A stretch of 64,000 nt of DNA, from contig NC_092671.1 of NCBI RefSeq assembly GCF_964355755.1, positions 26,734,070 through 26,798,069 on the forward strand, given 5' to 3'. Below, piece by piece: positions 24,091 through 37,428 of this stretch. A program made the translations under genes and the position numbers. Source of the DNA: Antedon mediterranea (Eukaryota; Animalia; Echinodermata). The notes below the pieces were generated by a model. The model saw only the letters and a list, made by a program, of their open reading frames with translations. It made no database searches and had not been told where the DNA came from. Each line of letters begins with the position of its first letter. Position 1 is the stretch's first letter.

Positions 24091-24290
24091 GAATTGATAA
24101 ATAAACCCTCAGCAACAATACCAAGTAGCAAACAGTTGCAGAGGTTGTCTGAGTTGGAAGAGATAGCAGCAGAGCAAAACAATGCTATGTCAGCGCTGTC
24201 CATCAAATTAAAACACGCCGTCACTGAAACTACGAAATGGAAAGATATAATTGAAAGGAAAACTAAAGATTTCAATGATTCCAAACAAAA
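24091..24290 (+). CDS. CEP290: CEP290 exon
   Basis: ttaag|GAA...AA|gtatgt; ELINKPSATIPSSKQLQRLSELEEIAAEQ...; ends phase 2. Confidence 0.87.
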
Positions 24291-24723
24291 GTATGTATGT
24301 ATGTTCTAATATAAATGATAGTAGAAGTTGCCTCCAAAACTTTCCAACACGATTAAATGGTCATTTTGAAAATTTATATAATATAAATTTGTTTATTTCT
24401 ATTATAAGCGTTAACCTAGTTATACTGACTAGGTTAACAATTGCAATCACCTATCCACATTATACTGACTAGGTTAACAATTGCAATCACCTATCCACAT
24501 TATCTAATTATTCAACTGATGATACCATCCCATGTTGTTTGTTATAATGCTTATTTACTAAATGGACTTGCTGGTTATTAGTTGTACCTGTGTGTAAAGC
24601 CAAACCAACCAGTATGGTTTAGCACACACTTGCTTGGCTATAAACTTCAGTAAAATTGGTGAGTTTGACTCGGACAGTCCATGGATGTGTACTGATGCAT
24701 ATTAGGTCTTCACCCACCTTTGA

Positions 24724-26510
24724 GTTTATTTAAGTCTGACACAGCACTCACCCACCCATGGATACCTATGTATCTGTTTATTTAAGTCTGACACAGCACT
24801 CACCCACCCATGGATACCTATGTATCTGTTTATTTAAGTCTGACACAGCACTCACCCACCCATGGCATATGGATTCTTTGGTGCACTAATCCAAAAACGT
24901 CCGCACGATATTGTTCCTATTCTAAGTGCATGGAGGAAACTACTTTTTTTCACATTTATACTTGTAAAATCTTTATCTCGCATAGTATACATTAGTTCTT
25001 ATACTATGTTGAAGCTAAGGTATTGTACTTTCTGACTATGTATTTAAAAAATTAATTTTTGATAGCTGGAAATCGCGGATTTACATTAAACATACCCTGT
25101 CCCGGCCAAAAAACAGCCGATTCCTGTGTGAAATTCGCGTTTTTCGCTGATGTATAGTTTTGAAATCGCCACAACTTTGAACAGCGTCCTCTTAAAACTT
25201 AGTTCTTTTAACATCGTAGTCTCCTATACAGTGGCTTTCTAACCATGTAAATTTTGTTTTGATTGGATGATGGTGAGACCTGCGAAAATTTGATTACTAA
25301 ACAGCATATTTTTGGAAAATTCCGCGCGAAATTCTGTACTATTGGCCTGTGTTTGATACCCAAATGTGAGTATATTCTGCTTATTTTCATTACAATTTTT
25401 TAATCAATATTGTAGTTAAAGTCATATAAAATAATTCTGTGTAATTTTTTTAGAGAATATACGAAATAATACCACCTAAATAGTCTATAAGCTACTAGCC
25501 CTTTTAAGTGTATACAAAAATTTCGCATCGGCCATTGTCTAACATAGGCTAGGCTAGGCTGGATTGGCAGCGGGTTATTCCATTTTATCAAAGGGAAATA
25601 TAATGAACATAAGTAGGCAATAATTATGTTTCTTCTTAGTAAAGTTAGAATTAATATATCTAAGGGACTATTTAACAGTGATTTGGACTATATATATGAC
25701 CTTTTTATACAATTTTTATTATATACGGTAAATATCGTATAGTATTAATTTGAATGCTCATTATCTTGTATTGGCTATATACAAATTAAAAATTAACTAT
25801 AGGCCTCTTCTATAGTTAAACAAGTATTATTTGGTCTTACTGTAGTAGTGGTTTTTTATTTCATATAGAAATGAATCTCCGACAGAAGAAAACCATCAAC
25901 TACCTTCAGCTACACGAGGGATCACAAAGTAAATCAACATCTTCTAAATCAACGACAAAAAGGTGGTCTACATCAAAGCTATGGCGATATGAAGTGATCG
26001 AAGAAAGTGGTGATCAAGTTAAAGTCCATTGGATAGGCTGGCTAAATACTTACTTTTGAGTATAATTTAGATTTTATATTAAAATAATTATATATACTTA
26101 TATTATGTGAATGATAAAAAAAAAAAAACTGAAATTTATATACTGTAGTACTGTACTAGATTGTATCTGCATTATTTGAAAATAAAGCTATATTTATACA
26201 GTAATACTCATTGATATTGACTCATAACACTGGTGGTTTCTATAAAGTTTGAATTGAAACTGGCCTACTGTTTATTTGCAATTCAATTGACCTTATAAAC
26301 AATTTACCTATTTTGAGAATGGAATAGTCTAAACAGTACACTGCTCAACAGAATATTTGTGGCTGTGTGCACTGATCTGTGACGAGTGCCAAAATGTAAC
26401 TGTTTTCTGAATTGTCCTTTTTCGCTAAAAGGAATCCATATGATACCTATGTATCTGTTTATTTAAGTCTGACACAGCACTCACCCACCCATGGATACCT
26501 ATGTATCTGT
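24724..26510. repeat. 52-bp minisatellite (~4 units) split by an insertion
   Basis: Unit gtttatttaagtctgacacagcactcacccacccatggatacctatgtatct at 24724-24865 and 26443-26510. Confidence 0.85.
24866..26442. mobile_element. 1.58-kb short-TIR element without TSD
   Basis: CATATGGATTC...GAATCCATATG termini; removal restores the minisatellite unit exactly (catgg|atacc). Confidence 0.75.
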
Positions 26511-26595
26511 TCCACCATGGAGTAAGGAATATAATTACTCCATGCAGGGAGATGTAACATCTCCCTGCTCCATGGTTCCACCCTTAATCTTTATA

Positions 26596-26781
26596 CAGTC
26601 AACTCTCCCAATACCGGACTCTCTGAAAACCAGAAACTCTCCCAATACCAGACTTTTTTTGAGGACCAAAAGGTCCCAAATTTATTTTTACCATTAAAAA
26701 CACATTCCGAATACCAGACTTTCCGGAAAACCAGACTTATTTGGCCGGCCCAAAGGTGTCCGGTATTGGGAGAGTTGACTG
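26596..26781. mobile_element. Tc1/pogo-type MITE
   Basis: TA|CAGTCAACTCTCCCAATACCGGAC...GTCCGGTATTGGGAGAGTTGACTG|TA. Confidence 0.88.
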
Positions 26782-27334
26782 TACCTATTTTTTCAGGGGC
26801 CAGTGTGTAAGACAAAATACATTTTAAATGTATATACCACCCTCTGTGTTTTAATAGAAGCACCTACCCTCAAAATAACATGCCATCTATATTTCATTTT
26901 CCACCAAATAAATAGGCATTCCTGTGCTATATCGACCATCAATATTGAAACATTCTGCTCAAATTGATAATAAGTTATTTATTTTTAAAACTTAAAAGTT
27001 TATTTTGAAATAATGTTTATTCTGAACTTTTTTATGGATGGGTGAGAAAAAGCCATATATGCATAAGAAATAGCCACATATGTCTGAGAAATAACCCTAC
27101 CGTATCTGAGAAAAAGCCACATATGCGTAAGTAAAAAAAATGGATTACCTCCCTATATTTCTCTAAATGCATTAACGAGAGAACATGTCACAAAATTCCT
27201 AGACAATGATTTTTATTACAGTTCATTTAAATAAAGTGTAAGTTACCTATCACTTGACACTACTGTACATTTAAAGGTAATCCCATTTAAATAGGATGGA
27301 AGTACTGTAATTGATACATACGGTACTGTACATA

Positions 27335-28192
27335 AGCCCCTTTCACACAGAACTATAAGACGGTAATATTGCGGTAATTCACAAACGCCGACTTATGTGT
27401 GAAAGAGTAAAAACCCCTTCCGTTAGACCACCTCTGGACCTAGTAAAATTGCGGTAATATTACCGTCATGGTCGTAAGCCTGATCTGTGTTAAAGAGTCC
27501 ACGATATAACGCCTGCTTACAATTCAATTCAATCAATTCAATAAACTTTATTGTCAAACTCATGAATGGCTTGATTGGCTGAAAGTACACACATAAAAAT
27601 TGTCTAAAAACATTATCGCACAAACAGTAAAAAAGAATAAAATCACATAAAACTGAGAACAAGATGTCATATAAAAAGTTAAAAGAGGGGACAAAAAATA
27701 CAAATTGAGTTAAAAATACAGCTAAAATACTTATTGCGTTTATCTTTTCCACATTACATTAAAATGCCTCATAGCAGATGGGAGAAAGGATCTACGTAGG
27801 CGTTCAGTGTTCCAGCAGCGAGGATATGTAATGCGCCCAGACCGGCTTAACGTAATGTACTGGTTAAGGGGGTGGCTAACATCTGACATAATAACTTTAA
27901 GTTTATTTGTAAGCAATCAATTCGGGACATTTTTCTTGATTGAGAAAGACTGTGGCAATTATTTTAGCCCAAATTATTAGATTATATCAATATATATTTT
28001 TTTTTTCTAAAAAAGTGCAACCTCTATTATATCAAGACAGTAATCTTGAAATATTATGCTTTTTCACTGTGGCCTTTCACACAGAAAACGTTAAAATTAC
28101 CGTAATAGTACCTTGTGTGTGAATGGGTCTAGACCAGCAATAATACCGGCTTGCTTACTGGGATATTGCCGCAATTCTATGTGAAAAGGGCT
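27335..28192. mobile_element. Harbinger-like MITE, with a probable nested LINE 3' tail
   Basis: TIR AGCCCCTTTCACACAGAA/TTCTATGTGAAAAGGGCT with ATA flanks; (ATTCA)n + tttatt at ~27520-27552 looks like a minus-strand retro-tail. Confidence 0.6.
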
Positions 28193-28219
28193 ATAGATAC
28201 TGTATTCAGTTTGTTACCT

Positions 28220-29435
28220 TATAACCTTTTCACACTGCATAAATTGTTACAACTTGTAGTTGTATTTTGCACAACAATAACTGGTTTAATTGGTGTTTTT
28301 AACTGTTATTTAAAATTTGTTCTATTATTCTGCTGCTAAGAAATGAATTGAGGATAATTTATTAACACGGTTATTAATTAGTTATTTTTTGATACAAAAA
28401 CAAGCCCTACTGTAACAATTGTATGTGTTGAATGTTAGCTGTACACTAATTAATATTATTAATAACAGGCCCTACTGTAACAATTGTATGTGTTGAATGT
28501 TAGCTGTAGACTAAATAATATTATTAATAACAGGCCCTACTGTAACAATTGTATGTGTTGAATGTTAGCTGTAGACTAATTAATATTATTAATAACAGGT
28601 GCATAGTCACACATCCAGATGGTCCATAATTGAAATTTATTCACTACCATGTTTAGTCAATACAATTTTCAAATACAAAATTAATCTTTGATTTTAAAGC
28701 CATGCTGAATGTTAATTGACTGAAACAATATTCTTGTATGAAAAAAGTTTCTTCTGAACAAATCTATTTTTATAATTCAATCAACACAACAATATCAAAT
28801 AACCATTATTTTACAAATTTGGACTTGTTATTAAATTTATTTTAGTAAAGAAGGTCAGATTTTACCATATCAGTAGGATTCATAGGTTTAGATTAGAAAT
28901 TACAACTTGTTGACACGCCCTATAAATTCAGTTTTTTACCTAATAACCTTTTCACACTGCATAAAAGGTTACAACTTACACCTACAACAACTGATCTATC
29001 AATGTGGTCAATTAATAACCTTTATTTTTCCTTGCAGAAAAGTTATTTTTCCCATTTCTGCTGCCGAGAAATTGATTGGGAATAATTTATTTATTGGGTG
29101 ATTTTTTTTATACAAAAACAGGCCCAGCTAAGTTTTAACAATTGTATTTATTGAATGTTAGCTGTAGACTAATTAATATTATTATAACAGGTGCATAGTC
29201 ACAGCCAATACAAATTTAATCTTTAATTTTAAATCAATTTTGAATGTTAATAATTGATTGAAACAATATTCTTTGTATTTCTTATTAACATAATCTATTT
29301 TTATAATACAACACAACAATATCAAATAACCATAATTTTAAAAATTTGGACTTGTTATTAAATTAATAGATATTCAATTTATTTAGTATTGGAGGTCAGA
29401 TTTCACCATATCAGTAGGATTCATAGGTTTAGATC
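28220..29435. repeat. Degenerate tandem duplication with an internal ~66-bp unit expanded 3x
   Basis: aaccttttcacactgcataaa at ~28223 and ~28945; ggtcagat..accatatcagtaggattcataggtttagat at ~28853 and ~29394; triplicated unit at 28405-28600. Confidence 0.75.
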
Positions 29436-30004
29436 AATACCTCTACTCGGAAAATAGAAATAGTGAGCTTTCGCATCAGGATGGTAAACAAAGGGGAACA
29501 GTTAGTTAAAATTATTTTTATTTTTTAAAATATTAATCTGCGTATCTACGTGTATATATCCAGATATCTGTTATGTTCATTATCACCATTATCATATCAT
29601 TTATGTATATTATACATAACCTGTTTTTTTTTTTTTATTCCTAAAAGCCGTCTTAAAAGTTTTGATAAGGTGTTGTTATAGTTAATCCTTTTGAACTTTG
29701 CTAATTGTAACCTGGCTAACACAGAAACCTTCTTAAAAACTCCCCTCAGGTTCGCGCATATAACATTATATTACATAGCCTATGTAAATACGTGAATGTG
29801 ATTGGTTGAAACTGCGTCACATGACTACCGCTGCGAGGATCGTAAATCGTATATATCCTCGAGAACGATGATATTGACTGAGTAATTTTCGCGTAATTAT
29901 CGTGTCCCCTGTCATTAATCATATAAATTCTCGAGTTCGATGATATTGACTGTGTAATTTTCGTGTGCAACACTCGCGTTTGCCGATAAATAAACAAAAG
30001 TCAT

Positions 30005-30076
30005 CTACTGGATCTTGAACTTGGGATGGAATTGTCACTCCATCACAAGACAACGCTTCAACCGCTGCGCCACGGA
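30005..30076 (-). mobile_element. Degenerate tRNA-derived (SINE head-like) sequence
   Basis: Minus strand CCGTGGCGCAGCGGTTGAAGCG (A box) ... GTTCAAGATCC (B-box-like). Confidence 0.45.
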
Positions 30077-30540
30077 ACTTGCTTGAAGAATTTAATCTTT
30101 TAAACTATTTAAGCTATGCATACATAGCGCCCTCATTTGTTATTAGTCCTCCCTAAATGTGATGAAACACCGTTTGTGATTGGTCAAAACTCACGGTAGT
30201 AACCTAGTAACTAGTACGCGCTGAACATCCGGCGATTCGGCTCCTCGCGAAGAGAAGAAGACGAATTGTTTATTCGGCCTACCTGATTATAATATTATTA
30301 TTAATAGGCTTATTGATGGAAATTCTTCTGTTAATTTAAACAACCTAGGCCTAAGTGAATATTTTATTGCCAAGGAATCATTAATTAGTAATTATCTGTA
30401 TATTATTCTTCACAAGGTAAGGTGTCTAGGCAGGCTTGTTTACATACAATACAAATACTATAGGAGGCCTAGCCTAGCTTCACCCAACCCAGCAGACTTG
30501 TTCTTGGCTATATAATATAACAGATATCGCCTTTTATATC

Positions 30541-30653
30541 GGTTAAATATAAGATTTGACATCCCCTCGGGAATGATATTACGTTCGAGGGGAATATATA
30601 TTTCCTCGAACTTAATATCATTCTCTCGGGGATGTCAAATCTTATATTTAACC
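30541..30653. repeat. 113-bp near-perfect palindrome
   Basis: ggttaaatataagatttgacatcccc ... ggggatgtcaaatcttatatttaacc, plus paired inner arms. Confidence 0.85.
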
Positions 30654-30684
30654 TCTAAGCAGTCAATATTTGTATAATAAGGTC

Positions 30685-31771
30685 GGGTGCAGGTCAAGTC
30701 GGCCCTAAACCGTCGCGGCCTCAAGTCAACTCGGCCTCAAGTCAACTCGGCCTCAAGTCAACTCGGCCTCAAGTCAACTCGGCCTCAAGTCAACTTGGCC
30801 TCAAGTCAACTCGGCCTCAAGTCAACTCGGCCTCAAGTCAACTCGGCCTCACGTCAACTCGGCCAAAAACTAATCGGTCAACTCGGCCACAATAAAGTAT
30901 GGAATGCAAAAAGTGCTTAATATTATTACGATTCTTACTATCCACGTTTTTAAAAAAATGAAGAAATAAAAAATATAATATCATATAAAAAAATGAACTC
31001 ATTGCCGATATAAATAGAAGTACCCGCGTGTTACAAAAAACACGTGATGGTACCGTATTTTAGGAAATCGAAGACGGAGGCCTACGTTCATGGAGTAATT
31101 TACTCCATGCTACGTTCCACCTTTTGGCCATAGAAAAAATGATCGTAGGCCTACATCGTTTTTGTGCATGATTTGCGTTTTTAAAAAAGGGGAAGAGGTC
31201 AGCGAAAACACGTAGCAGTTGTAGATATCGAAAAAGCTGGCAAACGCGCAGGGAGGCTCAGCTACGAAATTTTATTAAACGTAAATAAAGGAAAGTTGGT
31301 GAAGTCATTCCTATTTTTTTTTGCTAAATAGGCCTATATTATTGTCTAAATAATAACATTCATTAAAAGTCAGAATTATTCATTAAAAAAATTGTGAAGA
31401 AATATTATTTTATCAATCCCCTTCATTTGCACTTTTTGCGTTCCATACTTTAACGGGGCCAAGTTGACCGATTATTTTTTGGCCGAGTTGACGTGAGGCC
31501 GAGTTGACGTGAGGCCGAGTTGACTTGAGGCCGAGTTGACTTGAGGCCGAGTTGACTTGAGGCCGAGTTGACTTGAGGCCGAGTTGACTTGAGGCCGAGT
31601 TGACTTGAGGCCGAGTTGACTTGGGGCCGAGTTGACTTGGGGCCGATTTGACTTGGGGCCGAGTTGACTTGGGGCCGAGTTGACTTGGGGCCGAGTTGAC
31701 TTGGGGCCGACTTGACTTGGGGCCGACTTGACTTTGGCCGAGATGGTTTAGGGCCGACTTGGATCGAAACC
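30685..31771. mobile_element. Foldback/TU-like transposon with tandem-repeat TIRs
   Basis: Inverted arrays of the 16-bp unit CAAGTCAACTCGGCCT at both ends; GG termini; 8-bp TSD ATAAGGTC (30677-30684, 31772-31779). Confidence 0.85.
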
Positions 31772-31935
31772 ATAAGGTCTACAGCCTATGCCTAGTGGGA
31801 GACTCGGCTTTTTCACTTGTCTTCTTGTGCATACCGTCTTGATGCAAAAAAAGAACTAAAAGCTCTTTTATGACATCCCCTCCCCACTTCCTATTGAATG
31901 GTATGACATGACCTCTGACATCTTTTTTTATATAG

Positions 31936-32023
31936 ATTAGAGAAAGGTCATCAACTAGAAAAGGATGATTTAAACATGAAAATTACAGAAGCATTGGAAA
32001 GTCTTAATCAAAAACAACAACAG
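31936..32023 (+). CDS. CEP290: CEP290 exon
   Basis: tatag|A TTA GAG...CAG|gtatgt; (K)LEKGHQLEKDDLNMKITEALESLNQKQQQ; completes the phase-2 codon. Confidence 0.82.
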
Positions 32024-32036
32024 GTATGTGTTATAG

Positions 32037-34096
32037 GGGTAGTAACAAAGTACGAGGCAGCGAGGCAAGTGAGGCATGCGCAGCAAGTCACAAATGTATG
32101 CGAGGCATCGTTTTACCATCATCAAGAAATGTGAGGCACCATTTTATCATTTCTCAAAATTGCGAGGCAGGAAATCACCGAAATTGAAGTAGCCTAGGCC
32201 TAGGCCCGCTAGTAGGCTAGTTCCCTTTTGCACCTGCCTTGTATTTTAACTCGAATAATAACCATGCTTTATCCTGAATACCACACCTTAGAATTAGTAG
32301 GCCTCTACTTTAATGAAGAATAAATCCGTTAAATTTGTGATTTTACAGACGTTTTTCTCGCATATGGTTCGCGAATTTCGCACACTCAATGTTCAATATT
32401 TTGGTTTCTATGAAACGCCAAAAGAGCAAAATTAATTAGAGGGCTAAAAACTCTGTGGAATCTATTTGGTGAAGATTTTGTCAGTCAGTAAGGAAAAATG
32501 TTACTGTTGATACTGTGCACGGTTTCGTTAACCTTTTAAAGAATAACATAGAACAATTCATCATAATATCCTTAGTAGGATGTCCTAGGTCTACGCTAGG
32601 TAGTGATGTTGATTTGGGATCGATTATTATTATTTGAAAACATAACAGTATCACTATCAGTGGTAACATTATTACAGTATTTTTATTGACAGATTAACAA
32701 ATATATTGAAATAAAACGTGTTTTCACCTATAAATGCATGAGAAATTGACGGATTCCACTGAATTTTAGTCAAAACAAAAAAACAAAACAAAACAAAAAT
32801 ATTGAACATGCGTGAAATTCGCGAAAAGTGTGCGAGGAACACGCCTGTAAAATCATTAATTTAAGGATTTATTTGTTACTTTTTATGTGATTCTTTCATT
32901 AAAGTACTCATGAGGTATACTTCTAAGGTGTGGTATTCACACGATAAAGTTAGTTATCAAATTTGGAGTAAAAATACAAGCGAAAGAAACTAGCGCCAGG
33001 TTTATTAGTACGTTACATGGACAACAATAAATAAAAATCGTAATATACCTAGCCTACTAAAACAGGAATAGCGTATCATTATTAAAATATTACACCAATT
33101 ATTATTATTATATAAAAATTGATCAAATTATTTCTCTGGGTTAGGGCTAAGCATATTAGCTAAAGTTAAATTTTAGGCCTAATATTAAGATTGTCGGACG
33201 CAAGTCCTTTTCACACCCGCTTCAGAATTCTCTCGCAAATTTGTTTTCTTTGCGGCATTTTATTTGATCGGCATTTTATTTGATCGGCATGTCAGTTACC
33301 TTTTATTCACCGCCAGTTAATGAATTTGTCCTGGCCATCGCTGTTTATTTTATTGCGAGAGAAGTACACGTGTTGATTTCCTAGAGAATGGAATGTCAAA
33401 AATGTCTTTGGCACGCCGCTCAGAGAGAAGTCTGCGTTTCTGCTGAAACCACGTGCTATAGGAGGGGAATCGCCAAAGGCCAAATCCTCTCAGGGCCGAA
33501 TCACTCCGCCGCTACTTGCTAAATAGTAAAGAGGGATTTTCCATCTCTCACTAGGTCTACCGGATCGAGGCGAGGGGGTGTGACAAAATATTATTTTCAC
33601 TCTGCTATGTTCGAGAGACATGTTAAATTAATTGTAAAGTGAACACGCTTCAAATGCCAACAAACATGGCAGTCATTTGAAGATAAGTGTCGCTATAACA
33701 ATTGTTTATCGAAAGTTGAAGACTGTCGTTCAGATTTTTAAAATATGGCACATACCGAACGGATGCACAACTTTTGAACAGTTTGGGCACTTTTGTAAAA
33801 GTAAAATTTGACACGATATGACTTGAATGAAAAAAACAATCGTTACATAAAAATAAACAACATGAGTGTATACACAAATCTATTTAGATACGCTAGGCCT
33901 ATTATACAAATATAAATAACTGATTATTAGGCCTATAATATAGCATAATAACACGTTAAGATATGCCTCGCACCTTTTTGAAATTGTAAACTATATGCCT
34001 CGCACTTTTGGAAATGATAAAATGATGCCTCGCACAAATATTTGGCGTGCCACGCATGCCTCGCTTGCCTCGCTGCCTCGCACTTTGTCAACACTC
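32037..34096. mobile_element. Non-autonomous MULE (Mutator-like) element
   Basis: TIRs rich in GCGAGGCA repeats; G...C ends; 9-bp TSD GTGTTATAG (32028-32036, 34097-34105). Confidence 0.82.
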
Positions 34097-35467
34097 GTGT
34101 TATAGAGTATGTTCCGACAGCGTTAAGATAGGATTATGAGTACACACATACATGTACATATTTTTGCGTCTCAACTTAGAGGCTGCTGCTCATTAGACAG
34201 TTAGGTAGAAAAAGTAGAAGTCAATACTTGGTGTTACTTTGAGTTGAGGTCAGTAATTGCTTAAAGTGCTTGTTGGATTGGGTTATGTTGAGTGCCATGT
34301 CAAAATAAAGCCCTGCTGTAAGCTTCTCATCCTTGCATGCACTGTATTTTCCTGCTACTACATATTAGAAATGAAAATGTGCAGTTCTATACTAGTCACA
34401 TCCCGAAATCATCATGGCTTGATTTCGGGAATTGTATGAGCAGGCAGTACATTTTGCAGAATGCTGCTTTGGAAAGTAAAATAGCATCTCTAGATAAATA
34501 AGTGAGGTAATTTCACAACTACTAATCTTATCTTTTGAGATGATCCCTTATGCTATACTGTTCTTTTTTCTTGATTTAGACCCACTTAACACTTAAAACA
34601 CTATACAGTAGCTTTTTAACCTATAGGTCTGTTCAGAATTTGTGTTTTAGGTACAGTAATATACAAATTATTATATTTTTAGTGCAATGGTAAAAATAAT
34701 TTCATGAGATGAAGGAAAAGATTTGTATTCTTATAACATAGGGAATTTCCGAACCAGCCTAAATCTGTGTATAATAAATGCATTGTTTATTATAAATAGT
34801 GTTCAATTTGTATAATAAACAATCCTTTGTTTAACTACAGTATGCTAATGTTGAAATATGTCATGCATGTAAGGGATTAAACTAGATTATATCTTTTCAT
34901 CTTATAATAACTTGTTACGAAATTCTTTCTATTATGAGGTGAAACAATAATTCCTGGTTCTTTCTTTTTGCCTTTCAATGTGGAATTCACCAGATACATA
35001 ACATTCATTATATGTTTTATAACACCAACTACAAAAAAAATGATCAACATTAAGAATTTTCAACATTGAAACAAATAAATACCTGTATGAATGAAATAAT
35101 ATGAATGAAAAAACAGTCAACAGGGAATAATGTTGTCGGTGTAGAATATTCAAAAGCTACATTACTTTGTTACATCACATTCCTAAATTGTAGGCCTAAT
35201 ATACAATACAGTAGGTAATTGGACATTATCTGAGGTCAGAGGTCAAATATCAATTGGCCTCAAATCCTAAAAGCTGCAAATTTTCAATACAAGTTTCCAT
35301 ACCAAGTGTTATGCTTCTAACCAAATTGGAAGTATTTTGGGTCTAAGGAGCCCACTATAATGGAATACAATAGAACTATATTTCCTCTAGACTCCAAATT
35401 CACTTTTATTAGCAATATTGCTATAAAACAAAGTGAATATTATGTAAATATTATTTTAAAATATGTA

Positions 35468-36315
35468 CCGTATATTTCGGTGTATAAGTCGCACTTTTGA
35501 CACGCAAATTTGACCTCTAAATTAAGGGTGCGTCTTATACACCGAACATAAATGCCTCACCACACAAATTGTACATAGGCCTAGGCTATCGTCACCTCGT
35601 TTGCTATGCCTGAGTAGGCTAGGCCTAGCTACAGTAACTAACTAACGTAACGGCAACCTGCTTCTGCCTAGGCCTAGTTTTCAAGTCATTTTAGCATGAT
35701 GTTATACTAAATATGATGAAAAGATTTGTTCATTATGGCGCTCCGATAAAATTTCATTTGTAAACGTTTACGTCGTACGATTGGAATAGTATTTATTTAT
35801 ACAGTAGTTATACGCACGATCGCCGTACCCCAAGCGCAAGCCCTTCTTTTGGTGGCACATGGTGTACGGTATTCGACTAGTATATTCTCCAGGTGATTAT
35901 AGCATGGACCTAGCGTACACACTTCTCGGATACATAGATACTAATCGAATACGATTGTCCGTGAAAACGTGCGCCCTCTCGAAATGATCGAGCGAGGCTA
36001 GCCCACACACGTGCGTGTTACACACACGGTCATGCACTCGATGTTGCGGCGAAACTCATGAATAACAAGTTAGAAAGAACTTGTTGAGGCTGGGCGCGGC
36101 CGAGCCTAGGTAAGAAAAAACCTAAATAAAGGACGCCGTTGTAGATATAACAAAATATATAATTACAATAATATTGATTACAATTTAAAAAAACATTGTT
36201 TTGATGAAATATAAGGTGCGTCTTATACATCGACGATATAAAAAATACCGATATTTTACTCTCAGTTGGGGGTGCGTCTTATACACAGGTGCGACTTATA
36301 CACCGAAATATACGG
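35468..36315. mobile_element. pogo/Tc2-type MITE
   Basis: TA|CCGTATATTTCGGTGTATAAGTCGCAC...GTGCGACTTATACACCGAAATATACGG|TA. Confidence 0.88.
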
Positions 36316-36887
36316 TATTTAATTTAAACTTATAGTCATTTGTATAATATAATGTATTTACAGTAAGTGCATGTGGAATATTAAGATTAGTCATGATATT
36401 ATATCATAACTGGTGCATGTGGAATATTAAGATTAGTCATGATATTATATCATAACTGGTAACAAAATCACAAGTAGTACAGATGTTTGTAACAATCACT
36501 ATTTATTTTGCATATTTGAAAAGGCAGAATTTTTACATCACACAATGTTTTGTGTTTTACTGCATATCTAATTTTTACTGTTTTTTAGACTTCATAATCA
36601 AAGGAATGTATTTAACCGAGGGCTTTATACATTTTTAATTTAATGTGAATTGAAATTTTATTAGCAAAGTATATTTATATATTTGTAAAAATATTAAATA
36701 TACTGTTAATTATACAGTGATAATGAAATATATAAGTATAACCGTTTAAAAATTAAATAAAAGGCCCAGAACTGTACAGGAAGATACATGTTATGTACAG
36801 GTTTCTATTTAGCACTTATTAACACTTTACACATTATAATAAAGTACAGTAGGCCCTATTACCAATCTTGGAGTACCAAGATGGAGT

Positions 36888-37133
36888 CAGTGGCGTAACG
36901 GCTATGAGCACTTACTCGCTAAACCCAGGGCCCCAGAGCTTATGTGGGCCCCTGAGCAGTGTCCAGAGGAAAAAACAGGCATTAGAATATGTCGAAAAAT
37001 GCTAAAAACGGCCTCCAGCGTTGGAGGGCCACTTAAAGAGTTCCTAAACCAGGGACCTCAGGCCTCTGCGTTGGAGGGCCACTTAAAGAGTTCCTAAACC
37101 AGGGACCTCAGGCCTCTGCGTTCTACGCCACTG
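36888..37133. mobile_element. hAT-type MITE
   Basis: CAGTGGCGTA...TACGCCACTG; 8-bp TSD GATGGAGT/GATGGAAT; internal 60-bp-period duplication. Confidence 0.8.
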
Positions 37134-37428
37134 GATGGAATATATACAGTAGATATAACTGCTCGCTAAAAAAACTAATAAGATACAGACCCATTTTATA
37201 CACACTGTAGGTGTTGGAAGCAAGTTTTACATAGCACCAATTTTTTGTTTCATCATATCATTTTACATAAAGTTTTTGATTCATTATTACAGGTCGAGTC
37301 AATAGAAAAACTAATAATATACAGACCCATTTTATACATACTGTAGGTGTTGGAAGCAAGTTTTCCATAGCACCAATTTTTTGTTTCATCATATCATTTT
37401 ACATAAAGTTTTTGATTCATTATTACAG

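Noticed and set aside
30687-31773. Repetitive ORFs (KSTRPQVNSASSQLGL)n
   Set aside because: Products of the 16-bp TIR repeat arrays
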